Assembly: GCA_048013815.1 (NCBI GenBank)
Contig: CM106586.1
Coordinates: 496,001 to 560,000 of the forward strand
DNA length: 64,000 nt
From: Setoptus koraiensis
Taxonomy: Eukaryota > Animalia > Arthropoda
Reading direction: 5' to 3'
Below are positions 1-14,388 of this stretch, piece after piece (the first letter of the stretch is position 1; every line of letters begins with the position of its first letter). The position numbers and the translations under genes were made by a program. The notes under the pieces are model-generated. The model had not been told where the DNA came from and did not search any database. It was given only the letters and a program-made list of their open reading frames with translations.

Positions 1-1403
1 CCAGTGATGAAACAAAGAATTACGAACACTTTTTGTTTGAGAAACATTCCAAATTACATCTATACATCTTTGTTGTGCACCGTTTACAGACGGCCGGAGT
101 GAGAGAGTGGACCCATGTGGAATCAAATCAGAAAAATCGATAGTAAGCAACAAAAAACTCAGTACTCTCTATTGTCGATATTGTCCAAATGACCATTGTA
201 GACTAGTTAGAGGACCTGAAAATGTCCATCTTCTCTCATAGAGGGTAATGAAGGTATCTGTAGCATTAAATTATGCATTTATGCAATTGTTAAATACCCG
301 TTGCACGAAACGTCTTCCCCTTGAAATGTACGCCGAGGAAATGTATAGTCTGCTACACTTGATCTATAGGTAAATACATATTTTTTTTTGAATAGTTCAT
401 ATGCAGACGTCCCGTATCTCACACAACCAATCCGGTGCATATTCCACTATCAAATGGTGGTCCTTAATGAAAATAAAGTAAACTGCATCCGCGCTTTATG
501 CATGTTTGCCAGCATTCGCCTGTTCAGTCATCTATTTATCTCGGTGACTCCAAGTAACGTAGTGAGAGCCAAATGTGGGCCAAATGTCGCTAGGTGCTCA
601 CTTGCGCGCACAAAAATTGCGACTAGCGCAGGCGCAAACAGCGTTGCCGAAGAAACGATTTGGCACTGTCCAAAAAGAGGATCCAAAAACAGTTGGAATC
701 GGAGAGGATTTGTCATTACCAGTTTGAGATAGACGGTGATGCACACGTACACGCAGACAATATGTTGACAAGTTTGTTTTTCAAATGCAACAGCAACAAC
801 AAGCAAAACCAATCAGGGCCGCACGCCAACAAAGTTTGATCCGCTTCTAACAGTTTGCAGTTTATCAGTTAACTGGCCTCTTTTAATTGTCAGCAGCAGC
901 AACAACAGCACCGACAACAACAACAACTACTTGAACAACAAGAATGATAGATATAAGTGAATTAAACATGAACACGTCAGTGAGAATATCAATATGCTTA
1001 TCGGTGTTATTCTAAAAGAACAAAAGTTGGCTGTTAGACGAGTGAACCATTATCAAAAATTTGAATATTTGGACCAACAAAAACTGCAATCCGGTCACAA
1101 CTGTTGTTGTGTAACTAGAGGCATATTGTCAAACACTTGAAAAATAGACGAGGAGCCCCAGCAAGCTCAGCGAGCAAATTTGGCAAGTTCGTTTTATGTA
1201 CTATGAAATAGAAAAAAGTTGCCCAATGTGTGCGTCCCCTCGACTAGGTTAACTTGCCAATGCACACCGGCAATTGATTAAAGTGGTGGTAGCTTGGCTA
1301 GCTAGTTTTAAGCAGTAAATTGGCAACTGCAGTCAATAGCAACAACAACAACAACGGCAACAACGGCAAACAACGATCAATCGGGCAACACAGCGAATGA
1401 ATT

Positions 1404-1477
1404 ATGCTTCAAGGCTTGCATACTAAACTAACTCCCGGGAGCGATCAACTAACGCACATGGATATCTCTTTTTTGAG
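1404..1477 (+). CDS. Candidate distal alternative first coding exon of Shaker (MLQGLHTKLTPGSDQLTHMDISFLR, then SLPK)
   Basis: ATG at 1404 (second at 1458), open frame to a perfect AG|GTGAGT donor at 1478. Its phase 2 matches the Shaker acceptor at 41897. No homology recognised, and such short exons arise by chance. Confidence 0.25.
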
Positions 1478-3515
1478 GTGAGTAAAGCCTGATACCGAGG
1501 TACCTATGCATATATTGTCTCTTCATATATTGCTGTTTGAACGTTTTATCCTCACATACTACTGACATAACCACTGATAATATCGGCAACTATCAGTAGT
1601 GGTAGTAGTAGTAGTATGCAGCAGCACGTAGCAACCGGCGGCAGCAAGTAGCCAAGCATCAGTGGCAAAAGCAGCTAAGTGAATTGGTTGCCAGACTAGC
1701 ATTGGATCATCTAGTCTAGCCAGGGGCTCTCTCACAGCCGCCCAGACAATTCCCAGAAAGTAGAGGCGTGGGTGTGTTTATTCTTTATATTAGGTACACA
1801 TTATTATGATGCAATTGCTAAGCCTTTTTAACACTAAACACCAGACTGTGTTTAGTATGTGTATGTGTATGTGTGTGTATGTGTGTACACAATCAATTTT
1901 ATCATAGTCATTTAGTGAGGCCGGTTAGCTGGTTTTTTTACCAGGCGCTAATGAGCGGTTATGATTGATTACATTACACACATACATTCTGTGTGAGTGG
2001 ATATTGGTTCGTGTATAATGGGTAGACGTGGTCGTCGAGGGATCTATTGGCTAATTCTATTAGATTGCAACAATAACATTAACAGCATCAACGACGCCAG
2101 CCAAAAACAGATACACAATAGATTGAATGAATGAACGTAACGTGATATCAGTGATATGATCACTGTTGTGAATGATATTACATAATAAATAATTTACTTT
2201 GGGCCGCTACTTCTGGCAGCTTATTCTGGGCCCAGCACACCCATTTATGGCGCCTACTTTGTGCGTGTATATGTGTGTGTTCATCATTCATGCAGCTAGA
2301 TAAACTATTTAATGCAGCAATCAATGATACTTAATTTAGTTAATCTAGCAACTAGTTAGTTGCTAGTCAGTTGCCACGCCACACACATACACAGTATGTT
2401 GTGTGACTACAGTGATATACAGTTTAGACGAGCGATCAAATAAATCATTGGCCCCAACTAATTATTGTCTTTATTATTCGCAAATTGCACCACTGCTGCC
2501 AATGTAGATACATACCAACTAGATACATATGTCCAACATTGATCGCTGTTTGTCGCGCCAACTCGCCACTTGGCCACTAACTTTGGCTAACGTTAAGCGA
2601 TCAATGCTGGATTTCGAATAGTTTGACACTAAAATGTGAGCCACACAATGGGGCCGCTCTGAGGTTTTCTCGCCTACAAATAGTATCGGCCAAACAAGAA
2701 TTGTACACATCACATTCATGGCAACAAGAGAAGTCATGTCTATTGTTGCCACACTAGACAAATGTTAACAAATGCAGTCCAATAACTGTATTGTTGCACT
2801 GATATCACACCAGTGGTGCGTTTATCTTGAGTTTGGTTAGTTTTTAGCGTAGAGGCACTCTCATGAGAGGGTCTGAGGGTGTTTTGCTGAAACCCATGTC
2901 ATGTAGAAAAAGAAGAAATTTACGACAGCTCTCACAACGTGAAAAGAATGGCGAGAGTTTAAGATCAGACTTGTCTGACAGTGACTTGCGAAACTTGGCT
3001 CTCTCGGCCAACAAAAGTGACCGCTAGAGCCACTCCAGTCGCTCAGTGGCCGCTTAGATATGCTAGGTGTGCTTTGCGTGGTTTGCTTCCATTTGAATCA
3101 CACTATACCACGTGTGTAGTCATTGACGAGGTGCCATAGACGCAGCACCGGAGAGTCATTTGCATGTATAGAGAGCGACTCTCGTACGAAACTGGCTTCA
3201 ATTCTGCTGCCAGATAAGAGAGAGAGAGCCTGCTACTCATATTGAGCATATAGAGACCAGTCACTGGTCACTGGTCACTGGTTGCTGGTCGCTAGTTGCT
3301 TGTTGACACACTTAATAATATTATGATAATAATATTATTATCATACCAACCACCACCAGCCACCAGCTAGATGATTAAAGTTTGCGTAAGGCTCTTCTGT
3401 CACGGTGACTGAGTGACCAGTGGCCAGGTAGTTAGTGAGCGAGTTTGGCCAACTGCGAGCTAACGAGCTACTAGCTAGACCAAGCTGTTACCAAATTGAA
3501 GTGTCTGGCTCAAGT

Positions 3516-3551
3516 TCAAACTCAAACTCAAACTCAAACTCAAACTCAAAC
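3516..3551. repeat. (TCAAAC)6 microsatellite
   Basis: Six perfect hexamer units read directly. Confidence 0.9.
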
Positions 3552-4955
3552 TAGAGCCCAAACATAAGAATGAGCGCCAGTAATAAAAGATGATACACTA
3601 ATACTGACTTAGTGACTCACTTACTTGTGTGAGATACAAGTAAACAAGACGTTAAATGACGTGCGCCAATGATAAGCTACCTAGTGGCTACCTTTAGAAT
3701 TAGTTTGCAGCTTAGTGTATATATATATTTGTAGCCTATGTCTGACAGTCTCTATCTGCCTAGTTATATTCTTGCCAGTTAGCTATATGCTCGCTTCATG
3801 CAAGCCCGCGCCATCAATGACACTGACCGAAACTGACAATGAAAGTGTTTGCCTGCTCCACTAGCCTACTTATTATTATCGCTCATTAACAAAGATTATT
3901 TGTCGTTAGTTGGCTGGTCAAATATATCAAATATAGACTTGCCTAAAGGGTGTCCCCCCCGCCGCCTACGACCATCTTAGTACCAAGCAGCCAGTTTTGT
4001 CAGCCGATTTTTACAGGAATTGTAATTGTGCATCAAGAAAAATTTTTGTTTTGTCGCCATTCTGATTTGCTCGCTTCACGACGACAACAAACTCAAGTCA
4101 AACTAACGTTGCTCATTTTAATAATAAGCTACTTATTATGGGACACACACACACTCTCGCTGTTTACCATCGCGAGCTCAAGTTTTTTGGCCGGCCACGA
4201 GCAGCAACTTTTGACCATTTTTGTTTACAGACTTTTAGATATTGTTGTTGTCAACATTATCTATTCTGTCTATTCACCTATTCACCTATTCGCCTCCAAC
4301 TGACTGTGTGAGATAGATTCCACTTGGTTGCATTTGTTTGGCCTCTAGCACCAGTGCAGCACCAGCACAGCATCGGTGCAGCATCAGAGACCAGGAAGAG
4401 GCCAGAGTCGTCTTGGCCTTTGGTACTTTTGATGGTGCGTCCAAATAAGCCAGCGAATGATGGCGGATCTTTCATAATTTTGCAACCAATTTCAGTGTCT
4501 AGTCTGGTCAGAACGGCTCTTTGTCATACATACATACAACGACTCGTGTGAGATGTTTGTTTGCTTCTTATCTAGCCAGTGCTGACAACATATGACAAAG
4601 AGCACAACATAACAAGCAGGCCCATTCTTTGGGGCGCCCTTCGATTGTCTGGTTGGTGTACGTTCAACTACACGTAGGTGCCCAATGTGTTTGTTGGTGG
4701 ACATAGACTCATTTAAGTTGTGCCTGCATGCCAGTGTGATGGCATGGCCGCGGATGAAAGATGTTGGCGAATTGCGAGGCCAATTCGGCCGGTTTGTTTA
4801 TGATACATCTGTTACAACAACAACAACAACAACAACAACAAATCAACAAAATTTATGCTTACCTCACAAGGGGCCACGCACGACCCTCATTGCATAACCA
4901 GTTGCCTGGCTCACTGGCCAGGCCCAACCAGCCAGAGCCATATCGCTCATTTATC

Positions 4956-5027
4956 GGATGCGACCAGAAGGTTGCCACCAGAGGGATGCGACCAGAAGGA
5001 TGCCACCAGAGGGATGCGACCAGAAGG
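4956..5027. repeat. 28-bp tandem repeat (GGATGCGACCAGAAGGWTGCCACCAGAG) x2.6
   Basis: Units start at 4956, 4984 and 5012. Confidence 0.9.
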
Positions 5028-6880
5028 CCACAGAAGATAATTGCAAGTCGTGCAAGTTTTTTGCCGAAAGCGTTGCAAGGGAAACGCGTGGCGCACTACT
5101 TTGTGTTTGCCATACTTGATCGTGTTTGTTTATCATTTTATATCTGTATATGGTGGCAATATCTGACCCAAACAAGTCCAATATTATGAGACGGACACAA
5201 TGAGAGCGAGTGTGTGTGTTTCCGACCAACTATCTGGCTGCACCAAATTGAGTGTGAAATTGAATGGAATTGCCTAACAAAACGACGACCATCATCGATG
5301 AGCAATGACCACGGATAGCCACGGATAGCCGCGGATAAATTGGAAGCGCTTAAGCCATTTTATTGGATGGTCAGTAGATTGTTTCCGTGGACAGTTGGCA
5401 CGGAATGACAACGACTCTATCTCGGAACTGCTAGTCACGCTGGCCAACTGTAAGTGTTGTTGTCATCATCGTCGTTATTAGATGGAGTCCATTACACTCG
5501 AGTCGAGTGTGAGCAACGACAACAACAGCTCATTGTCACAATGCGCATTGCACAATATTAAACGCACGACGCGGGGTTAATATCCAAGCAAATAAGTCAG
5601 ACAGATCGGTCCTCCGATTTGTCGATATCCATTGAGCCCATGTTATGAAGGGGCGCGCGCGGGCGATAACTGCGCATCAATTGTATTGGCCGACGGATCA
5701 ATTGTAAATGGTGAATGCAGGCGAGAAAAAGTGCCAAAATAACTAATGGTTACAGCAAATATGTTTGTTGGACATATTTGCAACTAGAACAACAACAACA
5801 ACAGCAACAACAACATTTGTCCACCTGGCGAAAGATTAACTCAAAGCTCAATTATAACAACAAGACAGATATGTCACGCGCTAGTGCGCCTGGCCAACCA
5901 TTAGCTTGTGTGTGTCGTTTGTAGTGCACGTAACGCGCGTCCTAATCAACGTTGACCACGTGATAATCCGCTATTTGCAAGGTGAAAACATCGACGACAA
6001 CAGTAACGACAACAAAGGAGAGTTATAGATCGAGAGTTGAGGTTTGTTGTTATTTTTCAATGGTTTCGAAAGCTTTGTCGCTATGACCTGTATATAATCT
6101 GCGCCAGTCTGTACAATCGTTGTGTGCACAAATGAAACCAAACGGACAAAAGAGCAACTTTGTTACTTCGATTTGTGAATTGTTCGAACACGGCTATGAA
6201 TGCAACGACAACCAACAACAACCAACAACATCGACCGACAACAACACCAAAAACAACATAAATAATATCCATTATCGGCGCGAGAGGAGAGCTCGCTTGC
6301 GCTCAGTCGCCCGAAAACAGTTTATTGGTCAACTAATTTGTCGTTGTTCTGGCCAAGATTTTTGCGACAACTAAACAAATAAACTGAGCGTGTTGTCTAT
6401 GCATGCGTCTGGCGTGTGTTATCTGTATCATACAGGCTGTATGTCAGCGTTTACACAACCAGTGTTTATAAGCACCTCACCTGACATTGTATGTTGAACA
6501 GATAATGAAATAATGACTGCATTCTAGCGACTTCCGGTCAACAAAACTCGCACCAAACAATAACATACAAAATAGCGAATGTTTATGTTTGTATCGCGTG
6601 CCTAGTGTGTTAGTTGTATTAGTGGCGGCAGCATTGCTGTGTAACATTGATTCATTATTATCATCATTACGCCTACGCGAACAGCCAACACTGTGGGCCA
6701 GCGATTATTTGTCGCCATTTTCACACCCACTAATGACAACAGCTAATGACAATGGCAACTTTTTAATTTAGCTCGTCGACAGTGAATATCGTTGGGCTCG
6801 TGCAAATGTGTTACATAACTGGTGCTATAACTGGCATAACAGGACGACTGTATTGATTGACTTTGGCAACACTTAACTCT

Positions 6881-6908
6881 GTTGTTGTTGTTGTAGTTGT
6901 TGTTGTAG

Positions 6909-6988
<80 letters not shown>

Positions 6989-6990
6989 GC

Positions 6991-7031
<41 letters not shown>
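6881..7031. repeat. (GTT)n microsatellite, about 50 units
   Basis: Direct reading; explains the poly-V/T/N/Q ORFs in the track. Confidence 0.97.
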
Positions 7032-7310
7032 TGTCGCTGACGAAATACAGGTAACCGGCACACAATGAACTGGCGACAACTAATCACCAGTTTGCTGGCT
7101 GTTGAATGAAAACAAAATGTTAGTTGTCAAGTGTGTGTCTAGTAGTGTTGTGTTTGGCCCAATCCAATGTTGCGATATGTTGCGACTAAACAAAACTCAT
7201 GAATAAGTCGCAAACAACAGACAGCCGAGATATATATTTAATTGTTTACCAGTGCTAGCGACTGTTGCGACTCGCAGATCTTGGTGATATGAGCATTTCC
7301 ACACACGAAC

Positions 7311-7360
7311 AACACACACACACACACACACACACCAAACACACACACACACACACACAC
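7311..7360. repeat. (CA)n microsatellite
   Basis: Direct reading. Confidence 0.93.
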
Positions 7361-7750
7361 AATCTGTGCGGCCATCTTGTTGAGATAGACAAAGAGTCAC
7401 AATGAATGATGTTGCTAGTTGCAGTAGCTTGCAGATGCAACGATTGTGTATTGTGCTGGCCTTGACTTTGTCTCTTTGTGTTTGTGTCTATGGCCTACAG
7501 ACTGTAGGTGGCTCTCATTGTCATGACACACAAACAAACAACATGCTCATGAATTCAAACGTTGACAGCGCCCCCCTCCCTCCCTCCAATTGCCAGTTGC
7601 CAATTGGCGAGCTTTCGAAATGGTGAGGCCCCCACTAACTAACTAACGGTACGTATAGGACGTATAGCACAACCGTTAGTAAGGGTAACGCTCAGCTGTA
7701 AGCTCAGGCTGCCAGCCAACTATAATCAGGCAACTGACTGGAGCGAGAGA

Positions 7751-7804
7751 TTGACGTAACATTACGTAACGTTACGTAACGTTACGTAACGTTACGTAAC
7801 GTTA
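7751..7804. promoter_or_regulatory. 10-bp-period array of palindromic GTTACGTAAC (PAR-bZIP/D-box-like sites)
   Basis: TGACGTAA at 7752 then TTACGTAA at 7762, 7772, 7782 and 7792. The repeat is certain; the regulatory role is inferred from the known PAR-bZIP/NFIL3 consensus. Confidence 0.45.
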
Positions 7805-10800
7805 GAAGTAGTTGCATATAAACACGTACGCACTTATGATAGCGTGAATCAGTTACTCGTGATCAGTCAGTGGCATTGCTTGACCACTAGCTAGCGTATG
7901 CTATGTCGTCATGCTCACAGCTGATGCCATAAAGCCAGCCAAATACCTAACGAGTGAGTGTGTGTGTGTGTGTGACGCAATGAGATAGTTGCAACTATTG
8001 CGTCATAGCGAGCACCCTCATCTTATTTACTGTTGGTCGCGGCAGCAGCAAAACAACTTTTAGGCACGACCACATCACATGTTGTTGTTGTTGTTGTCGC
8101 TGTTGTTGCTGCCGCTGATGCTGAATATTGTTGGGTGGGAGACATCAATGAATGAGCCGCGGCCCATCTAATGGGCATCTTAATTAATTCTAACAGAACG
8201 GAAGTTGGTTGCTAGCAAAGCTGAACACTCACAACCTCACTTGTCAGAGGTCGCCTGTGCATTTGCACCTTTACCATGATGCTCATGTTTAGGCTATCCA
8301 CTCAATGCTGAGATTTATTAGTTAGCTATCTATAGTGGTCAGTTGGCCACTGGCCACCTATCTGGTATCAAATAAGTGAGAGAGAGCGAGAGCATAAAGT
8401 TGAAATTGCATATGGTGAGCGTGGCAGTATCATTACTTAATTTCTCTCTTATGAATATCATGACTCATGACGCAATTTGTCACGATTTCTCTTGGCCAAA
8501 CAGAAGAATAAGTGTTTTTTACGCGTCACATTCACTAGCAAATTCATTACTCCATTTCGCTGTTGTTGTTATTGTTGTTGTTATTATTACGAATTATTTA
8601 CTCACACTCATAGTTGTCAACTTGCAATAATTGTGTGCACTCTCTCTCACTCTCGCTCTTTCTCTGGCGCGTTCTCTCTTTCTTTATTTGCTTGCCTTCA
8701 TTGCGTCACAATCAATTTGTTTCATAATGGGACCCACATAAACCCCGACTATAAAGAAAAGCACTCACTCGCTCACACCAAGAGGCAGAAATGGTCGTTT
8801 AATAGGAAGACCAAATGTTTTTGTTGTCGTTGTAACATGATTTGATGCGATGCGATGTGATGTGATATGATCCGATATTTATCACAAGTAGCAGCCATCA
8901 GTCGGCGCCTCATCAACAGAAAAATGGTTTCCGTATTATATGTTATATGTTAGATGAAGCAAGCTGCTTAATAGCAATGCAAGCAATTATTTTTGTTTGT
9001 CTGTCTGTCGGTCTGCCTGCCTGGCTGGCCGCTCGTTTGCCCGTCTGCTTGTTTGTTTGTTTGTTTGCCTAGTTATTTGGGCCAACAGTGACGCCAACAG
9101 CATAGGCAAGATATGGCAACCATTATGATGATGATATAACAAACATACGACACGACACGCACACAACCAGCAGCCAACAAATAGCTAGCCGTTGAGACAG
9201 CGACGGCACAACTCAAATTGGCCCCGCTTTTTCGTCACATTACGTTGACCGATTTGGCCTTAACGGCCAAAACGGCCGCCCACTAAGCCACAAATTAAAC
9301 CAGGTCAAAGTGATCCTCGGGCTACTTAGCTCTTTTCGCCTCAACAAACTCGCCCAGCCCCAAAAAAACACAACTTGACGTTTCTTCTTTCAGCTGCTGT
9401 TCAATAGATATGGATTATTTATCTGTCGCCCAAGTCTCGCAAAATGGCTCACTTTGCAGCACTGGCCAGCACACACCCAAGGTCATCATCATTTAAAACC
9501 TTGATCAATGCGTTAGATAGACTGGCTGTTTATTCGGCTCACTTGCTCCACTCGAACTATTCAATAGGATGAACAATGGCGAGATTAAATCAGACCACTT
9601 CTTTCTTATTTTATTCTTCACTGATCCCAGTGCAAAAGGCAAACGCAAGAGAAAAATTAGACAAACCAATTTGACTATATCGAGAATGAGATGAAGCGTC
9701 AAAGAAGAAAAAGCATTGCAGATAGAGTCGTTTGCAATGGAAATTTGCACTGGTAACGAGTTATGCGAGAGCGTGTCTTGGTCACTCTATCAAGGGGCCA
9801 GCCTAGTAACTAATGCAACCAATGAATGGGCCGAGTTGACCGGAAAAAGCCAAAAAGCGAAGAAATAACATGCCATTTCTATGCGTGTGCTCTGTCTATA
9901 ACCAACTAGAAGTAACGGCGAAAATAGTAATCCCAGCAGCGGTTTCCGGCGATCGTTATGGGGCTCCTTGATGCTGGTGACGCGCCAAGTCAACAAATTA
10001 CGTCGTTCCTTTGATAGTTTTATATCGGCGACAGTCCAGAGAGATTATTAGACATACATTAATGCTAAGCTCGACACTTATAGACTGAATTAGATTCAAA
10101 TGGCAACACTAAATTCGAACACAGATAGCACATGCAAAATATTTGAGATAACTCATATCTATTTTTTCCTTTCACGACAAACTTGGCTCGGTAGCGATTC
10201 TTTTGTCACTACAAACTGTGTGTCGCAAACGTTCATTTGATTTAGGCTGTTACACATCCTTTCATATTTCGATTTGTATAGTTTGGGTGTGACCAAGCAC
10301 AAACTACACACTGTACACTATGAACTGGACCCGATTAGCCGTGTTTGGCAATTTTTCTTTCTTGCAAGGCCAACATTTCGAGTGGACAGTTTTTGCATGC
10401 GAAATACTCGCTGGCTGACGCTGTCGAATTAACAATCCAATAACTCAAAATAAGAAAAATCAATTATGAATTATGATCAATTGAGCGAAATGAGTGACCA
10501 GCCAGACAGACTAATGTCCGAGCACATGCTCTCATGATCGAGCCCCAGGTATCCTCTGACTATATCTATTGTGTGAACAATATGTAGCGTCGACAATAAC
10601 GTGGCTAGTCGATTGATAATTGAACATAACGTTATTATTGCTATTTTATTGGTACCTTTATGGGTCAGTGTGTTGGCAATTGCAATGGTGCAACAACTCA
10701 CCATTGTTGTATCATTGAATAACGGGCACACTTAGCTACGTGACACAAAGGAGCACGTGGTGACACATACACACAATAGATGAACAGACACTTGGCATCG

Positions 10801-13800
10801 ACGTGCATTCTATGACATGTGTCAAGCTTACTTCCGGGTGCATATCATATCCAGTTTCGTTGCGTTTTCACGTGGTGTTTATCACTATATTTACGTGTTA
10901 GTCTATTATTCATTGTATCTGTTAGTGTCTCATACATCCACACATACACAGTGTATATAAAATATACTATATTACTTATCAGAAATTGCTTTGTGTTGGT
11001 AGCTTCAGAAACGCGAGTAAGAAGCAACTAGACAGAGATTAGACATGACAAGAAAACAAACAAACAAACAGTTTGCTCATATGCAAACAATCGCATCTAT
11101 TGGCCTAGTTAGAGGAGCTAAGAGGACACATGTGTCCACTATTTAGCATCCAAGTGAAATAGTCAGACTATTTATCTGTGTGCATGGGGTGCACTCTGGT
11201 GCTACAGGGACACACAATTTAATACACTAATGGACTAATGTGCTGCTGGAGATGCTCACTTGAGGGAGGTCATCACGTAATAATGGTGGCCAGAGATAAG
11301 TTTTGCTTTTGGTTTGGTGTGTCATTTGTTTCGCGAGCAAAGTGCTAATAAATATATAAGCTTGAGGTATAAGTGGGTTATAAATCATTGATATTATATC
11401 AGTGATATGAGAAATGATATGAGCAATTCGCAATTAAGCGATTAACCGACCGATTGGAGAAGTTGACCAAAAGTTGGAGGCAAAAGTCGCTCTCTCTGCC
11501 GACAAATTCTTCACCGACGTCATAGCCGTAATTGTGCAAAAGAAAACAAGCCACATGGGTGAGAGCAATGAGAGTAGTGGGACTAGGTGGCTGAAATGTA
11601 TCACGTCACACTAAGTAAAGATATTTGTTTAAAAAGAAAGATGCCCGTCCATGGAAATTACTTAGTGCTTCTCAACAGTGAGCAACACTAGACATAGGTG
11701 GCGTCTTGCCAATCTCAACTGGTGCCGCCTTGTCATGTGTGGGCCATCTCAATAGCGATCACGAGATGGTTATTGAGCGAGCGGAAACAAGTGCTACTAC
11801 TAGTCACAAGCGAGTGCCACCTTGATCAGGATACTGTCTAACATTCTCAAGTATTGCCACACCAAATGAATGTGTGCTTTATGAATATTTATTAGAGATT
11901 CATAACTGGCCAATGCGGTCCTCTTATTGGTTTCCGTGTAACTTAAATCTGTCTCGCGTCTGAGAGAGTCGCCGTAACGCGAAATATCCTCTATAGAGTA
12001 GCAATATTGACATGTTCATTGAGTTGGGTGCCCTGCAGCAAAGTGGCCTCTTGTTGTTGTTGACAAACAAGTTGCGAGCGACAAATAAGTCGGCTCTGGC
12101 AAGACGCCCGACTTTATTGAATAAAGTGCGTGTGCCCTTCTAGTTGCCAGAGTCTATCTATTTGCCGGAATCTAGTCGCTGGAATTCAACACCCACTTGG
12201 AGTGCCTCTTCTGGCAAGCGCACCGAGCGGAATAAAATAAGGGAAAGAAATCAATTAGCTATTTCATACCCTGCCGTCCGTCAAGAGAGTGCGGCCACAC
12301 TAATCAATAACATGTGTACGCCGCTGGCTGTTTATGGCCAGCGTCAGTGTGCTGTGTCAATCGAATTCAATTGGCGAATTCGCCAATTGAATTTCATTTG
12401 ATTTGTTTCCGTTGTAAATAAAATGGCAACAAAGTATTAATCAAATAAACGAAAATCAAAATACTGAAATGCATTTCCAGCGGCTGCCCACTATCACGTT
12501 ACGATCGACTATCCAATTACGTAATTAGGGCGCCACACGACATTTGATACTGCGCCAACAATAAAGCACGAGCATGCCAATAGCATCAAAAGTTGTCATC
12601 TTGGTGGCGGCGTGGGCGGCCGCCTCACTCTATGCAGAACTGTATGCAGAATGGTGCCACGAGAAGAATTAGCATTAGCACCAGTGTAATGCAACACTTT
12701 TCTATAAGCGGTATTCATCGGTAACATTATATCCTGTTGATGAATTAATGGACAAAAACTGAAGTAATTCAAGCTTCGTTGCTCGAATCGAAGCAAACAA
12801 CAACATCTAATTGACGGCCGCATCTTTCCAATGGAATGTTCTCCATTTGCACATGCAAGCTGCCATATGGCAATGGAGCCATTAGTAAATTTTCATCGAC
12901 TGGTCACTTTAAATCGGTTTCCCTCTAACCATACAGACGCTGCTCATATTAGCAGCGCACACCATAAACCACACAGGTGATCTTGTCACTATTCATGCAT
13001 TCACTGTTGCTATTGTTGTTGCTGCTGTGTCCAGTTGTTGTTTTGTCCAGTTGTTGTTGTGGCCTGTCGCAGCACGTTATTCCACGCGGTTGTCATTTGA
13101 GCTTGATTTAAGAGGCCGAAATGTCCACTAGTTATATCACAATAGAGTTATGTCACACATTGTATGTTGAGCAATTGAATCAATTTAATTTGGTCAGTTT
13201 GTATGGTCACCTGCGTTGGATTTGTTCCAGTTGGTAGCCACAATTTGAGTTTGAAGATGAAACAGAAACTGATTAACAATCAATCAATAGGGAGATCGGC
13301 CGAGAGAGCAGAGAGAAAAGAAAGCATTTATTTGCGTGTTGAGTTGTTCGAGTCCAACTGAACGTTGCATTTGCCGCTGTGACTGGTCAGTGGACATTTT
13401 GTCAGTGTCGGACATTGTTGCAAGATGAGCTGTAGTTGACAAACAATTCTTATCACAATTTGCTGCAGTAAGTTGCAGCTAGTGCCTGTGCGACTTGACT
13501 TGGCTCCGAATCGCACTGGCATCGATCGCAAAACCAATGGGCTGTGAACGGATCAGATGGAACCTGAATCGGGGGGCACACAACGAAATTGGTGGCCTCA
13601 ATGTAAATGGTGTGTGTCAGTGTAAATGTTAGTTCAAGTTCAAGGTTGAGCTGGCAAGTTGAACGCAAACAAATGAGCAATTTCGCCAACGCAGACACAT
13701 TGCTGTCAATTGAATGGACGGACTGTTATTCTGGACAGTGCACACAACGGCGAAACAATTCAATATTTTGTGTTCAATGATCACCATATTCTCTTCTGTT

Positions 13801-14110
13801 GTCATTTCCTGTCGTGCCAACACGACACGCCAGACTTTGCTACAGTCGCTACAAGCGACTCTAGTGCAAGGTCATCGAAATGAGTGCGCTGATCTTGAAA
13901 CAAGTGTCTCTCTTTGGCAAATTGTTAGTAACAATGTCTAACGAGACATTGTCGTTGCATCACTGAAACACATTAAGATTATACAATAATTTATATAACA
14001 ATATATCATGCGCGAAAAAGAGAGGAAGAGACATTAGAGTAATTTGTTGAGTGACGCGACAAGTCGACGCAACTGCGTTACCAGAACCAGCTAGTTGTCA
14101 CTTGCTTCAA

Positions 14111-14337
14111 CTGGCAGCAACAGCAACGACAACAACGACGACACCAAAAAGGGCAACAACAACAGCAACAGCAACAACAACAGCAACAACAACAGCAACA
14201 ACAACAGCAACAACAACAACAACTCGTGCGTATATGCTAACTGTTTGGCAATGTGGCCGCTGATGCTGCCATTTCTGGCGCTCATGCCGTTGTTTGTATG
14301 ACACCTTAAACCTTGCCATTGGCCACTAACACGTACA

Positions 14338-14388
<51 letters not shown>
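14111..14388. repeat. Compound (AAC/AGC)n followed by (CA)n microsatellites
   Basis: AAC/AGC run at about 14111-14223 and CA run at about 14336-14388. Confidence 0.9.

Noticed and set aside
6743-7087. Poly-N/T/V/Q ORFs (similar ones at 14051-14384 and 40344-40818)
   Set aside because: Products of trinucleotide microsatellites.
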